DNA from: an uncultured archaeon
Lineage (GTDB): Archaea > Asgardarchaeota > Lokiarchaeia > Sigyniarchaeales > SOKP01
Assembly: GCA_964388035.1 (NCBI GenBank)
Contig: CAYLZE010000028.1
Coordinates: forward strand, 1-49,801
Direction of reading: 5' to 3'
DNA: 49,801 nucleotides
The notes beneath the pieces were generated by a model that saw nothing but the letters and a program-made list of their open reading frames with translations, ran no database searches and was not told the origin of the DNA. How positions within the stretch are numbered: the stretch's first letter is position 1; the number at the start of each line of letters is the position of its first letter. Both the position numbers and the translations under genes were made by a program. Of this stretch, positions 30,636 through 40,305 are shown in pieces.

Positions 30636-31319
30636 ATGAAAATAATTCTATTTGAACCTCATCCCGATGATTTGCTGTTCGGACCAGGGCCCATACTTTT
30701 AGATTGGATTGCTGAAAAAAAGCATGACATCCATGTCATTACGGTTACCGACGGGAGGGCTTGTTATCGGTTTGGAGATGATTCATATGCCCCCGAGGTG
30801 GCTACTTTAACAGAAGATGACGTTGCCAACATGCGCATTAATGAAGCCAAGCAAGCCATGAAATTTCTCGGTCTTCCGGAAAAGAATCATCATTTATTAT
30901 ATTTTCACGATGCGGATGGTCAACAATATGTGAAACAAGGGATTGAAAAGGTTAAACCTTTAATAAAAGATGTGGATCGCTTGGTCTGTCCCAGCAATAA
31001 TAATAGACACGTGGATCATCAAGCTACTCACGATATAGCCATAGGTGCTGCGAAGGAACTTGGATTAAAAGATATCGAATATTTCATTTACTTTATTGCT
31101 TCTTATGGTAAATTTCAAGAGGATTCAAAAGATAAGCAATTTGAATACATTGTATCGGAAGAAAAAGCAGAGGTCTTGAAGAAATGGCTTAATATTTACC
31201 AATCACAAGCAAAAATCAAGTTTACATGGATGATGTATACTCGATTTCTTAAAAAAATCCGCAAGTGGACGTACGGCATCTATACCTATGAAGATATTGG
31301 AAAATATTACAATATTTAG
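30636..31319 (+). CDS. PIG-L/LmbE family N-acetyl-sugar deacetylase
   Basis: PHPDD, VTDG, R..EA..A, HVDH, YQSQ. Confidence 0.88.
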   Translation: MKIILFEPHPDDLLFGPGPILLDWIAEKKHDIHVITVTDGRACYRFGDDSYAPEVATLTEDDVANMRINEAKQAMKFLGLPEKNHHLLYFHDADGQQYVKQGIEKVKPLIKDVDRLVCPSNNNRHVDHQATHDIAIGAAKELGLKDIEYFIYFIASYGKFQEDSKDKQFEYIVSEEKAEVLKKWLNIYQSQAKIKFTWMMYTRFLKKIRKWTYGIYTYEDIGKYYNI

Positions 31320-31376
31320 AGAATTCTACAAGTTCAAAAACTTGCTATTTATAAGATAAAGAGGAATGCTCAAATT

Positions 31377-32159
31377 ATGAGAGAACACCATGAAAAAGCT
31401 ATAGAAAAACTTACTGAATTTGTAAAAAGAAGTGAAGAATATCTCGCATTAATTATTGCTGGTTCTGTTGCTAAGGGATTAGAGAGAGTTGATTCAGATA
31501 TTGATGTGATCCTGGTCATAACGGATGAATCTTATGAAAAGAAGAAGAAGAGAAAGCGTTTAATGTATGCGAACACGGAATTTTGCGATTATCCCGGAGG
31601 GTATATTGATGGAAAATTAGTAAACCTACAATTCCTAAAAGACGTGGCGGAAAGAGGAAGCGAGCCTGCCAGAGATGCATTCAGGGGTGCGTGGATTGCG
31701 TGTTCAAAAATACCGGAACTTGAAGAAATCTTAAAAAAGATTCCCGTTTATCCGGTAGGAGAAAAAGAGGATAAAATCACTAAATTTTATGCCCAATTCG
31801 AAGCGATGAAGTGGTATCACGAAGAAGCATTAAAAAGAAATGATACTTATCTCATTAATTATTCCGCTACTAATTTCATTTTATTTGCAGGAAGATTAAT
31901 ACTGGCTCATAATGAAATTCTTTTTCCTTATCATAAACATTTCATGGATGCACTAAGAAAAGCACCGGAAAAACCCGAAAATTTTATCGAATTAATAAAG
32001 GAACTATTAGAACACCCTTCAAAGGAGAATCTCGAAGCGCTCTACAATGCAGTTAGAACTTTTAAAAATTGGAAAATTCGGGGATTCTGGTCCAATCACT
32101 TTCTGATTGATACAGAATTAGCGTGGCTTGAAGGCAAAGCTTATATTGGTGATATATAA
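31377..32159 (+). CDS. Pol-beta superfamily nucleotidyltransferase with a helical C-terminal domain
   Basis: AGSVAKG...SDIDV, then RLILAHN...PYHK in the helical domain. Confidence 0.8.
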   Translation: MREHHEKAIEKLTEFVKRSEEYLALIIAGSVAKGLERVDSDIDVILVITDESYEKKKKRKRLMYANTEFCDYPGGYIDGKLVNLQFLKDVAERGSEPARDAFRGAWIACSKIPELEEILKKIPVYPVGEKEDKITKFYAQFEAMKWYHEEALKRNDTYLINYSATNFILFAGRLILAHNEILFPYHKHFMDALRKAPEKPENFIELIKELLEHPSKENLEALYNAVRTFKNWKIRGFWSNHFLIDTELAWLEGKAYIGDI

Positions 32160-32222
32160 CCTCCCATATTTTTAACCAGAAAAAGGGAAGATGTGCTTAG
32201 TCAACAAGTTTTTAGAATTAAA

Positions 32223-32543
32223 TTAAGTAAATAGCAATAAATCATTTCGAAACTTATCAATTTTGTTTTTCAAATAAATTTTATTGATCTTCTTATCAAC
32301 TACTAATACCAATAATACATCATCTTCTCGATATCCTATTATTTTCTCACTTGCTAATTCAAACGTGAATTGTTCAATAGCTAATTCTAAAATCCTTTCT
32401 CTTGAAATATTAATCAATTCTTGCATGAATTGGATAAATTTCTGATCTTCATTATGGATAATATGGATTTCCCCATTAATATCATGAATATCCTCTACCA
32501 ATCCAATGGAAATAATTCCAGAAATTTGTTTAAAATCATCCAA
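32223..32543 (-). CDS. Small roadblock/profilin-like protein
   Basis: 106 aa alpha/beta pattern (I.GI..IGLV...helix...EQFTFEL..EKIIGYR..VLLVLVVDK..N...L). Confidence 0.45.
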   Translation of the reverse strand: MDDFKQISGIISIGLVEDIHDINGEIHIIHNEDQKFIQFMQELINISRERILELAIEQFTFELASEKIIGYREDDVLLVLVVDKKINKIYLKNKIDKFRNDLLLFT

Positions 32544-32557
32544 GTATTTTTTATATT

Positions 32558-33328
32558 CTATAATTTAACACCTTCCCGCGTGCTTATTTCAGAAAATTTG
32601 GTTTGAAATTTGAATGGATCTTTTTTTCCAGGTAGAAAAAAGAATAAAGCTAAATTATTATCGTAAGTTTTGCTAAAAATGGAAAATTTACCATAATCAA
32701 TAAAATCGGAGAATATCTGTTCGGTATTTTGAAAATGCAAAATGCTGGATTCAAACTGCTCCTTTTTCTTCAATAATAAATTAAAAAATTGACTGGAAAA
32801 AAAAGTGGATAATTCAAAATCATTTGTATTTCTAAGGTTTTCCACCAAAATTTGGGAATTTTTAAGAATTTTATAACCATGTATCTCCGGAACAGCTTCT
32901 AACATTTTCTCTCCCAGCTTTTGAAGGATTTCAATCAAATCTTTCTCCGTTAAGGTGAGAATTTGACGTGCTTGCTCGATTTCTTGGGAAAATAGTTCAG
33001 TATCACCAGACCAAGTCTCCATGTCAAATTTTGAATTAAATAAATTAGTGATATTTTTGATTTTGGAAAAATAAAGATCAATATTGTCCGATTCATCACA
33101 AAGTAATGCGCTTAAGATTCCTTTCTCTTGATATAAACATACTTTCCTGTGATTTGTTATAAATGTCTTTATCTCGCCCATATCCAATTCTTTGAAAAAG
33201 GATTCGATTGCCTTGATAACTCCGGACATTAAATGTGAATCCCCATCATCCACGCCTTTTTCAGAAATCTTAATATTTGCGATGTTTACTCCTGACACCG
33301 CGTTGAGTATTAATAGATTGTATATCAT
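32558..33328 (-). CDS. Longin-domain protein with a second roadblock/profilin-like domain
   Basis: MIYNLLIL..SG...LMSGVIKAIESFFKE..G.I...SALLCD...F...F...W.GD..LF, a typical Asgard longin pattern. Confidence 0.7.
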   Translation of the reverse strand: MIYNLLILNAVSGVNIANIKISEKGVDDGDSHLMSGVIKAIESFFKELDMGEIKTFITNHRKVCLYQEKGILSALLCDESDNIDLYFSKIKNITNLFNSKFDMETWSGDTELFSQEIEQARQILTLTEKDLIEILQKLGEKMLEAVPEIHGYKILKNSQILVENLRNTNDFELSTFFSSQFFNLLLKKKEQFESSILHFQNTEQIFSDFIDYGKFSIFSKTYDNNLALFFFLPGKKDPFKFQTKFSEISTREGVKL

Positions 33329-33406
33329 TAGAAAATGCTTGAAAATATTCTTATTATTGAATTTATTATGAATTAGAATTAATTATAATTATCCTTTTAT
33401 TACAAT

Positions 33407-34453
33407 CTAAAAATAGGCATATTTTAATGCTATTGAAAGTAATTCGGCAATTTTCTCAATAGAAATACCGTGAGGTATCATGTGTTGCGTTGCTAAAACA
33501 AACTTCCGATATTCTTTTCCTATCTTGATTGTATTACTAATAACCTCTTCCATGAAATTCCTTGACCATTCTCCAAATTCTAAATTATTTAAATTCCCTA
33601 ATAATGCATAATTTCCGTTAGCTAGGGATTTGAAAGCCTCCAAATCATCATTAGCTGAAGGGAAGACACCAATTGCACCCGTCTTCCCTAAAAGTTCGGC
33701 AAAGGGTAATAATTCTCCTCCCGCAGAGTAAAAAACCAATGGTGCTTTTATATCTTGGGTTAATATCTGATAGCAAGGAATCACATAATCTTCAAAAATA
33801 TCTTTAGGAATGCTCGTTGCGGTAGCAAGCCCATCCACTAGGACGATTGCATCCGCTCCTGCCTCTATTTGACCAATAGCCCATTCCTTGACGAATTTTA
33901 TTGAATAATCCAAAACACTTTTTACTTTTTCCGAGTAAACTAATATCGATTCGAACCAGGCTGAAGTTCCCATTAACAAGGAAGGAAATGAAAAAGGACC
34001 GCTTTGAACTGACAATATTGGCTTTTTTCCCTTGAAAAGGTTTGAAAGTCCTTTTGTAGTGGATAATACTTTCATATAGGAAGGATGAGCATTGATATTA
34101 GGAATATCATTATCTAAAAAGAAATCAAGAGAGTCCACTATAGGCTGCCCCGTATTTGGCGAGCTTTCTTCAAAAAATAAGGTGTTCATTCCAAAAATCT
34201 CCGACTCAATCGCCAAATAAAAAAAGTTGGATACATAGTCAAGATTCAAGAGTTCCTGCAACAGTTTTTGGCCTTTAATTATGTTATCGCTTTGTGAATA
34301 ATAATCTTGAATTGAGATATTTAGCAGTTCAGAAGGAATACTATCTATCAGTGGGAATATGGGAACCCTATCCGTTATTTTTCCCGTAACTGTTGAGATT
34401 AACCTGTCAACCGCATTCATTTGATCCTTTTCAAACCCTTTTACTAAAGACAT
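33407..34453 (-). CDS. MtaA/MtbA-like (URO-D superfamily) protein lacking the canonical Zn ligands
   Basis: DRVPIFP, ESEIFG, GPFSF, QIEAGADAI, LLGNL. The HxC position reads YSA and the C-terminal Cys is absent. Confidence 0.8.
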   Translation of the reverse strand: MSLVKGFEKDQMNAVDRLISTVTGKITDRVPIFPLIDSIPSELLNISIQDYYSQSDNIIKGQKLLQELLNLDYVSNFFYLAIESEIFGMNTLFFEESSPNTGQPIVDSLDFFLDNDIPNINAHPSYMKVLSTTKGLSNLFKGKKPILSVQSGPFSFPSLLMGTSAWFESILVYSEKVKSVLDYSIKFVKEWAIGQIEAGADAIVLVDGLATATSIPKDIFEDYVIPCYQILTQDIKAPLVFYSAGGELLPFAELLGKTGAIGVFPSANDDLEAFKSLANGNYALLGNLNNLEFGEWSRNFMEEVISNTIKIGKEYRKFVLATQHMIPHGISIEKIAELLSIALKYAYF

Positions 34454-34456
34454 TTT

Positions 34457-35161
34457 TTATTTTTCCCTCTTAAAAAATCTTTTAATTTTTCTCATGCTAA
34501 ATCTTCTTTTTGGGGTAATTCCTTTAAGCTTATTAATTAACTCATAGATATCTTCTGCAGTATCGTCTGCTCCTACTTTTTTAACGTAGCTATAATTGTA
34601 ATTAAAAGGTGCACCACCAACAAAGAATTTGACTTTCTTTGCTAACCCTTTTTGATTCAGATGTTCACTTACTTGTTTAATTCCTAAAATGTTATTCAGC
34701 ATCATGGTGCTAATAAACAAGTATTTAGCATCTAATTTCTCGACTATTTCTACGAATAGTTCGGGGTCCACATTTACACCAAGATTTATAACCTCAAAAT
34801 CTTCTCTTTCTAAAAATAAATGTAAAATTTTTAATCCAAGCCCATGGAAGTCATTTTTAATAGTACCTATTACTATTTTATCTTTCTTTTCTAGTTGCTG
34901 TCCCGTGAGATGTGGTTTAATCTTTTCAATGCTATCTTCGGCTATTTTGCCAATTGCTAATAATTGAAATGCTGAAACTTTGGTATACCCATCATCAGAA
35001 AATTCTTGGAATTTTTTAAGACTTTCAGCAATTCCTTGAGTTATCAATTGATCAGGAGGAATCTTTGTCTCTAAAGCACTCTCAACTAATTTCAAGGCTT
35101 CTTTATATTGTCGATTTTTCGAATATTCATAAAAAGAATCTCTAAATTGAGTAATATTCAT
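34457..35161 (-). CDS. Corrinoid (B12-binding) protein, MtaC/MttC-like
   Basis: Cap helices plus IVIGT...DFHGLG (DxHxxG), NLGVNV, S.MM, VGGAP, VGAD. Confidence 0.9.
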   Translation of the reverse strand: MNITQFRDSFYEYSKNRQYKEALKLVESALETKIPPDQLITQGIAESLKKFQEFSDDGYTKVSAFQLLAIGKIAEDSIEKIKPHLTGQQLEKKDKIVIGTIKNDFHGLGLKILHLFLEREDFEVINLGVNVDPELFVEIVEKLDAKYLFISTMMLNNILGIKQVSEHLNQKGLAKKVKFFVGGAPFNYNYSYVKKVGADDTAEDIYELINKLKGITPKRRFSMRKIKRFFKREK

Positions 35162-35435
35162 ATTCTTAACTTTTAACCCTAATTAATCTTATAAAATTTT
35201 GCGTTTAACATAAATTTTTAAGTAATAAATTAAAAACTAGAACTTATCATTTTTTGGTTTGAATAAATCCGATTTTATGGAGCTTAGATCATGAGGGAAT
35301 TACATATTAGATCTTGATCTTACAATATTAGAAGTGCTTTATCTTCATTATTTTTGCCTTAATTTCTTCTGTATATAAACAAAAAAGTCATATTTAATCC
35401 GACATTCATGTACATGGTACTCCAAAAATCTTACA

Positions 35436-36197
35436 ATGAAGGAAAAAAAAATTGAAAAAGCCGTAAAGATCATACAAGAATCACGAAACATCGTGGTTTT
35501 TTCGGGAGCAGGGATTTCTACAGAATCTGGTATTGCAGATTTTCGAAGTGAGGGAGGTTTATGGACGCGGTATGATCCTTCGATATTTGCGAATTATTAC
35601 TATTTCATGCAGGATCCAGAACCTTTTTGGACCATGCATAGGGAAGTGGAGTCACTCATGAAAGATGCCAAGCCAAACCCTGCTCATTATGCCATCGCAG
35701 AATTAGAAAAAATGGGGAAGGTAAAAGCCATTATAACTCAAAATATTGATATGCTCCATCAAAAAGCAGGAAGCGGTTCCTATTTTAATGTTCAAATTTT
35801 TGAATTGCACGGATCTTATGGCAAATATCATTGTATTAAATGCGGAAAAGAATTTTCGATTGATGAAATAGACACTAAGAGCGTGAAATATCCGGTTTGT
35901 GAATGTTCAGGGTATATAAAACCAAAAGTAGTATTGTTTGGAGAGGTTTTGCCCAAAGGAGTTTTAGAATTAGCAATTAAATCTTGTCATGCTGCAGATT
36001 GTTTTTTGATGGTGGGGAGTTCGTTGTCGATATCTCCTGCAAACCTATTGCCTTCTTTAGCAAAACAAAATGGAGCGAAAATAATTTTCATTAATAAAGA
36101 AGAAACTCCTTTAGACAATTTGGTAGATGTATTTTTGAAGGGAAAAGCAGGAGAGATTTTCACAATATTAATGGCACGAATAAAATCTTCTTTATGA
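35436..36197 (+). CDS. cobB: NAD-dependent protein deacylase (Sir2/CobB)
   Basis: GAGISTESGIADFR, TQNID.LH, ELHG, CxxC...CxC, KP.VVLFGE, GSSL. Confidence 0.95.
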   Translation: MKEKKIEKAVKIIQESRNIVVFSGAGISTESGIADFRSEGGLWTRYDPSIFANYYYFMQDPEPFWTMHREVESLMKDAKPNPAHYAIAELEKMGKVKAIITQNIDMLHQKAGSGSYFNVQIFELHGSYGKYHCIKCGKEFSIDEIDTKSVKYPVCECSGYIKPKVVLFGEVLPKGVLELAIKSCHAADCFLMVGSSLSISPANLLPSLAKQNGAKIIFINKEETPLDNLVDVFLKGKAGEIFTILMARIKSSL

Positions 36198-36347
36198 TTT
36201 ATTCTGGATTTCAATATTATATTAATTAGCATTTCATAATTACATTTCATAATTACATACTAAAAATTCTTAAATTAATAATAATATTTGAAGACTTTGA
36301 ATAAAATAAGTATTTTAAAATTCTTTTACGGGTTTAAATTATAATGG

Positions 36348-36710
36348 TTATTTAGGCAAATAAAACTTACATACATGGCATTGATATACATTTATTCTAC
36401 GATCCGGGCCAATAATAAGGAATTTATCTGTCATGGTGCCCCCACATTTTGGACAACTCCGAATAAACGTTTCCTTTATGCTTTCAAGTACTTTTTCTAT
36501 TCCCATCTCGAGATTTAGGATTTCTTTAGCGTTCCTTATCATCTTTTTGGCAGATGTAGTTCCAATCCCTTTCACAAACGCTAAATCCTCTGGTTTTGCG
36601 GTGGCGAGCTCTTCAACAGTACGTATTCCTGACTTTTGTAATCTCTCTGCTGCGGTTTTTCCTATACCCCTGATTCGCTCCAACTCGTGCTGCAATGCCA
36701 CCACTACCAT
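36348..36710 (-). CDS. Tandem helix-hairpin-helix protein with a C-terminal zinc ribbon
   Basis: IRGIGKTAA, VKGIGTTSA, CPKC...CHVC. Confidence 0.8.
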   Translation of the reverse strand: MVVVALQHELERIRGIGKTAAERLQKSGIRTVEELATAKPEDLAFVKGIGTTSAKKMIRNAKEILNLEMGIEKVLESIKETFIRSCPKCGGTMTDKFLIIGPDRRINVYQCHVCKFYLPK

Positions 36711-36869
36711 TTAAAACTCCTTGGATTAATAAAAAAACAATAATAGGTTAATTTTACCCTTTGACAATATATACAATAGGCTTTCGTTTTACATTACTCA
36801 TGCGATAAATATATGTAATATAAATACAAGAAAGAAAAAAAAATTTGATATTAAAAAAAATAAATATAA

Positions 36870-37613
36870 TTAGTTTGCGATTACGTTTTCTTCTTTTCTA
36901 ATTTGACGTCCTACACCATAATACATCAAATTTGTTCCAATAAGGGCCAATATTAGTCCAATTGCACCTATTAATGTTCTTATAAGACTAATATTTAAGA
37001 AGTTCGATGTAAATACTCCATACACAAAGAAATACAATAAAACCATCCCTAAAAAATAGTACTTCCACTTCTTTTTTAATATCGCATCTTGAAATTGGGT
37101 ATATATTTTATATGACAAATATACGGTAGGCACGAATACTAAGCATGTCATGACGATCATCACGTATAAGTAAAATGGTAAGCTCCAAACGGGTTTCCAA
37201 TCCGTGGAAGTCCCGATTTGGACGCCCCAACCTGGAATGTATAAAAAGACCACTAAAACGAGACAAATAATGCCATATCCTATTATGATCATGTTTTGCC
37301 TTTTTGGGGTAATAATCTTTTCAGATCTTAATAAGATTAAATCGAACACTAATAAAAATACTAAAGAAAACAATATACCAAAATTGGTCAAGTAATTCAT
37401 TATTAAAACCACGTTCGGGTTGGTTAACGGAGCATATATGAAATTTACGAACAAACCTGCAGCAGACGATATGAAAAAGGAAGCAAAAATAAGGTTAAGT
37501 CTTTTTCTGTCTCTCTTAAGGACTTTCCAGGCAATATAAACGAATACCGCAAAACCAATACCTTGTGCGATGTAAATCGTGATGAATCGCGTGAAATCTA
37601 ATTGTAATAACAT
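36870..37613 (-). CDS. Approximately 7-TM membrane protein (HisKA_7TM-like sensor fold, no fused output domain)
   Basis: Seven hydrophobic segments, RLNLIFASFF, PVWS.PF. Confidence 0.5.
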   Translation of the reverse strand: MLLQLDFTRFITIYIAQGIGFAVFVYIAWKVLKRDRKRLNLIFASFFISSAAGLFVNFIYAPLTNPNVVLIMNYLTNFGILFSLVFLLVFDLILLRSEKIITPKRQNMIIIGYGIICLVLVVFLYIPGWGVQIGTSTDWKPVWSLPFYLYVMIVMTCLVFVPTVYLSYKIYTQFQDAILKKKWKYYFLGMVLLYFFVYGVFTSNFLNISLIRTLIGAIGLILALIGTNLMYYGVGRQIRKEENVIAN

Positions 37614-37914
37614 TTTAATTCACTATTTTTTTTTTTAATTTTTATTTATATTATTAATCATATGGGAATCTTATAATTTAAATAACCAATGAATTGCAAG
37701 ATATTAAATACTTATCCTCCTTTCCTCAGTCTTAAATAAATCTGGGAGAAAAAAGGTCATTCATGTCAGATTAATATAATGTTAAATAAATGGCTTATAT
37801 TAATTATATAATCGTTTTGCTAATAATGTTTTATGAGAAAAAACATTAAGATTTAGATAATTCAAATACTTTATATCATCAATAGATTATATTTAGATTT
37901 TACCTCGTGTAATC

Positions 37915-39147
37915 ATGACAGAAGCCCGAAAAAACAAGCAAGAGACGGAAGTGTCTGAAGAGAAGAAAAATGAGATTCTTAAAAGAATTTCTTCGGCTGT
38001 CAATTATTGCTTGGACTGTAATAGATGCGAATCCATATGCCCTTTATCTCAATTAGGGGCATTTTCTCCCAGAAAATTGATAAATGACTTAAATTTTTTA
38101 CCCTTAGAGGAAGCATTAGAAAGGAATAATATATGGGACTGTTTAACGTGCGGGGCATGCATGAGCTATTGCCCCATGACTAACAACGAGGAGGGTGTCC
38201 GAATACCCGAATTAATATTAGAATTAAGAATGCTTTCTGAGCAACAAGCTGACCAGCTGGAAAAGCTACAACAATGCGAAACTCATGACGGGATGTTCAC
38301 GTTAATTCCTAAACTCATGGCAGAAATCCCTACTCCCCCAAATAAATTGGATTTTATTTCAGAAAGTAATCTGAAAGTTAATCAAGAAGGAGAATTAGCT
38401 TATTTCGTTGGTTGCTTACCCCTGATGAATGATGTCTTATATCGTTCTGATGTAGATTATATTGGAACCAGTATAAGTATCATCTCTATTTTAAATGAGG
38501 CAGGAATTACTCCCGTTGTTTTGAATGAAAAGTGTTGCGGACATGATATATTATGGGGAAAAGGGGATATCGAGAATTTCAAAAAGCTAGCGAATTACAA
38601 CGTAAATCTCTATAAAAAAGCCGGTGTGAAAACTATTCTTGTGAGTTGTGCAGAAGGTTACCGGACGTGGAAGATAGATTATCCCAAATATGTGAAGGAT
38701 TGCGATTTTGAAGTACTATATTTTGCAGAATATTTTCTAAAAAACAATCTCCTCGAGAATATTCGATTTCCCATGGATAAAAGGATTAAAGTGACCTATC
38801 ATGATGCTTGTCGCTTAGGGCGCTTAGGTGATAAGCTCTATGATGCCCCCAGAGAATTGATCCGCCAACTTCCTAATGTTGAATTGATTGAAATGAAAAA
38901 CATTAAAGATGATGCGAATTGCTGCGGAGTTTCAACTTTTACGGGATGTAATGAGTATACCCGATTACTTCGACAAGATAGGTTAAAGCAAGCAATCGAT
39001 ACTGGTGCGGAATATCTACTCGTTCCTTGTCCTAAATGTTTGACCCATTTTACCTGTTTTTTGAGTGAGCCAAGCAGTTCCATGGGAGAGAAAATAAAAG
39101 TAATGGATCTGGCTAATTTTATTGGACATTTACTTTTTATAAGTTAA
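37915..39147 (+). CDS. hdrD: HdrD-like Fe-S oxidoreductase (HdrC-type 2x[4Fe-4S] plus two CCG domains)
   Basis: CLDCNRC..ICP, CLTCGAC..CP, YFVGC, CCGH, SCAEG, YHDAC.LGR, CCG, CPKC. Confidence 0.85.
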   Translation: MTEARKNKQETEVSEEKKNEILKRISSAVNYCLDCNRCESICPLSQLGAFSPRKLINDLNFLPLEEALERNNIWDCLTCGACMSYCPMTNNEEGVRIPELILELRMLSEQQADQLEKLQQCETHDGMFTLIPKLMAEIPTPPNKLDFISESNLKVNQEGELAYFVGCLPLMNDVLYRSDVDYIGTSISIISILNEAGITPVVLNEKCCGHDILWGKGDIENFKKLANYNVNLYKKAGVKTILVSCAEGYRTWKIDYPKYVKDCDFEVLYFAEYFLKNNLLENIRFPMDKRIKVTYHDACRLGRLGDKLYDAPRELIRQLPNVELIEMKNIKDDANCCGVSTFTGCNEYTRLLRQDRLKQAIDTGAEYLLVPCPKCLTHFTCFLSEPSSSMGEKIKVMDLANFIGHLLFIS

Positions 39148-39157
39148 GATGATAAAA

Positions 39158-39185
39158 AGATGGAGATAAACTCCTCTATTTTTTA
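39158..39185. terminator. Possible small bidirectional hairpin between the convergent hdrD and frhB-like genes
   Basis: AGATGGAG-ATAAA-CTCCTCT flanked by A-rich and T-rich runs. Confidence 0.25.
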
Positions 39186-40300
39186 TTATTTTTGCATTTT
39201 AGAGAAATCATGCGATTCAAATTTTTAACTTTTTTCTCCTTCCAATCTGAAGCTTCTTCTGCAGGAACCATGAACTGCTGAATTAACTTGTTGGATATTA
39301 AAGAATTAATTAATTTTTCTCCCGTTTCTGTGCGTGTAATTATCATCGAATATCCTTGAGGTGCTCCAGAAGCACCTATACTCACATCAGAAAAGCGTCC
39401 CGTGAATTCATCGCAAACATGACAATGATTCCTCACCGCATCATTTAATTTGCGTATGCCTATTTGATATTCATTTTCTTTATTGTCCTTAAGAAAAAAA
39501 TCTTTTTTGATCCATGTTTTTTTAATATCGTCACTTGGTACTTTGGTTTCTTGCTCTATGATTTTATATAACTTGGTGTAATCAAAATTTTCATAGCAAA
39601 ATAGACTCAAAATATATTTAATCACGTGAGCGGGTTTAATGTGAAGTAATTTCATCTTTCGAACGGCTCGAACTTGACATGGCGTGCCAACAAATGCTAA
39701 TCTCATGGCATCAATGTCATATATCCCCTTTTCTTCAAGCACTTTTTCGGGCAGATTGTATAGATCTTTTAAAGGTAAAAGTTGAGAAGAGATTGTATAG
39801 CGCGTGCCAGCAGAATTCAATAATTCTTCTTCTTTAAAAATAATTTTGGGAATGGTATGAAGTTCTTCATCGAATTCGGAAACAATAGCGCCATCAATCT
39901 TATTGGTTCGAAACAAGTACGATAAAATCGTGGTCACAATTCCTCCGTCTTGCCCTAGTTTCTCAATTGCTTCATTCGTAGTTTTACCCGCAAAAATATT
40001 GATAACAGGCCCTAACGGGTCGGTAACTTTACTTGCTTCATCTAACTTCTTGTTAAAAACCTCTGTTTGAGGACAAATAAAATAACATAACCCACATTCC
40101 TTACAATTCTCAGCATTTTTATCGGATTTGAATCTGGGAGTAAAATCATCCATTTGAATCACATCAAATGCTTGGCTTTCGCAATATGACACGCACGCTC
40201 CACAAGAACAACAGATCTTATTCTTTATGACCTCCTCCTCCAAGTTTTTAAAGGTTTTAACTACAATATCTTGATCCCTGCTACTTTTGGATTCTGTCAT
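39176..40300 (-). CDS. frhB: F420-reducing hydrogenase/dehydrogenase beta subunit (FrhB/FdhB/FpoF-like) with an N-terminal ferredoxin
   Basis: CCSCGACVSYC, CKECGLC..IC, QDGGIVT, AGTRY, VGTPCQ, LFCYENF, CHVC.EF, DVSIG. Confidence 0.88.
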   Translation of the reverse strand: MTESKSSRDQDIVVKTFKNLEEEVIKNKICCSCGACVSYCESQAFDVIQMDDFTPRFKSDKNAENCKECGLCYFICPQTEVFNKKLDEASKVTDPLGPVINIFAGKTTNEAIEKLGQDGGIVTTILSYLFRTNKIDGAIVSEFDEELHTIPKIIFKEEELLNSAGTRYTISSQLLPLKDLYNLPEKVLEEKGIYDIDAMRLAFVGTPCQVRAVRKMKLLHIKPAHVIKYILSLFCYENFDYTKLYKIIEQETKVPSDDIKKTWIKKDFFLKDNKENEYQIGIRKLNDAVRNHCHVCDEFTGRFSDVSIGASGAPQGYSMIITRTETGEKLINSLISNKLIQQFMVPAEEASDWKEKKVKNLNRMISLKCKNNKK

Positions 40301-40305
40301 TTCTT

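Noticed and set aside
31377-32159. MNT-HEPN toxin-antitoxin or antibiotic-resistance nucleotidyltransferase
   Set aside because: There is no separate HEPN partner and no mobile context, so specificity cannot be assigned.
36230-36255. 13-bp tandem duplication CATTTCATAATTA x2
   Set aside because: Only two copies with no spacers, so it is not CRISPR; probably slippage in an AT-rich intergenic region.
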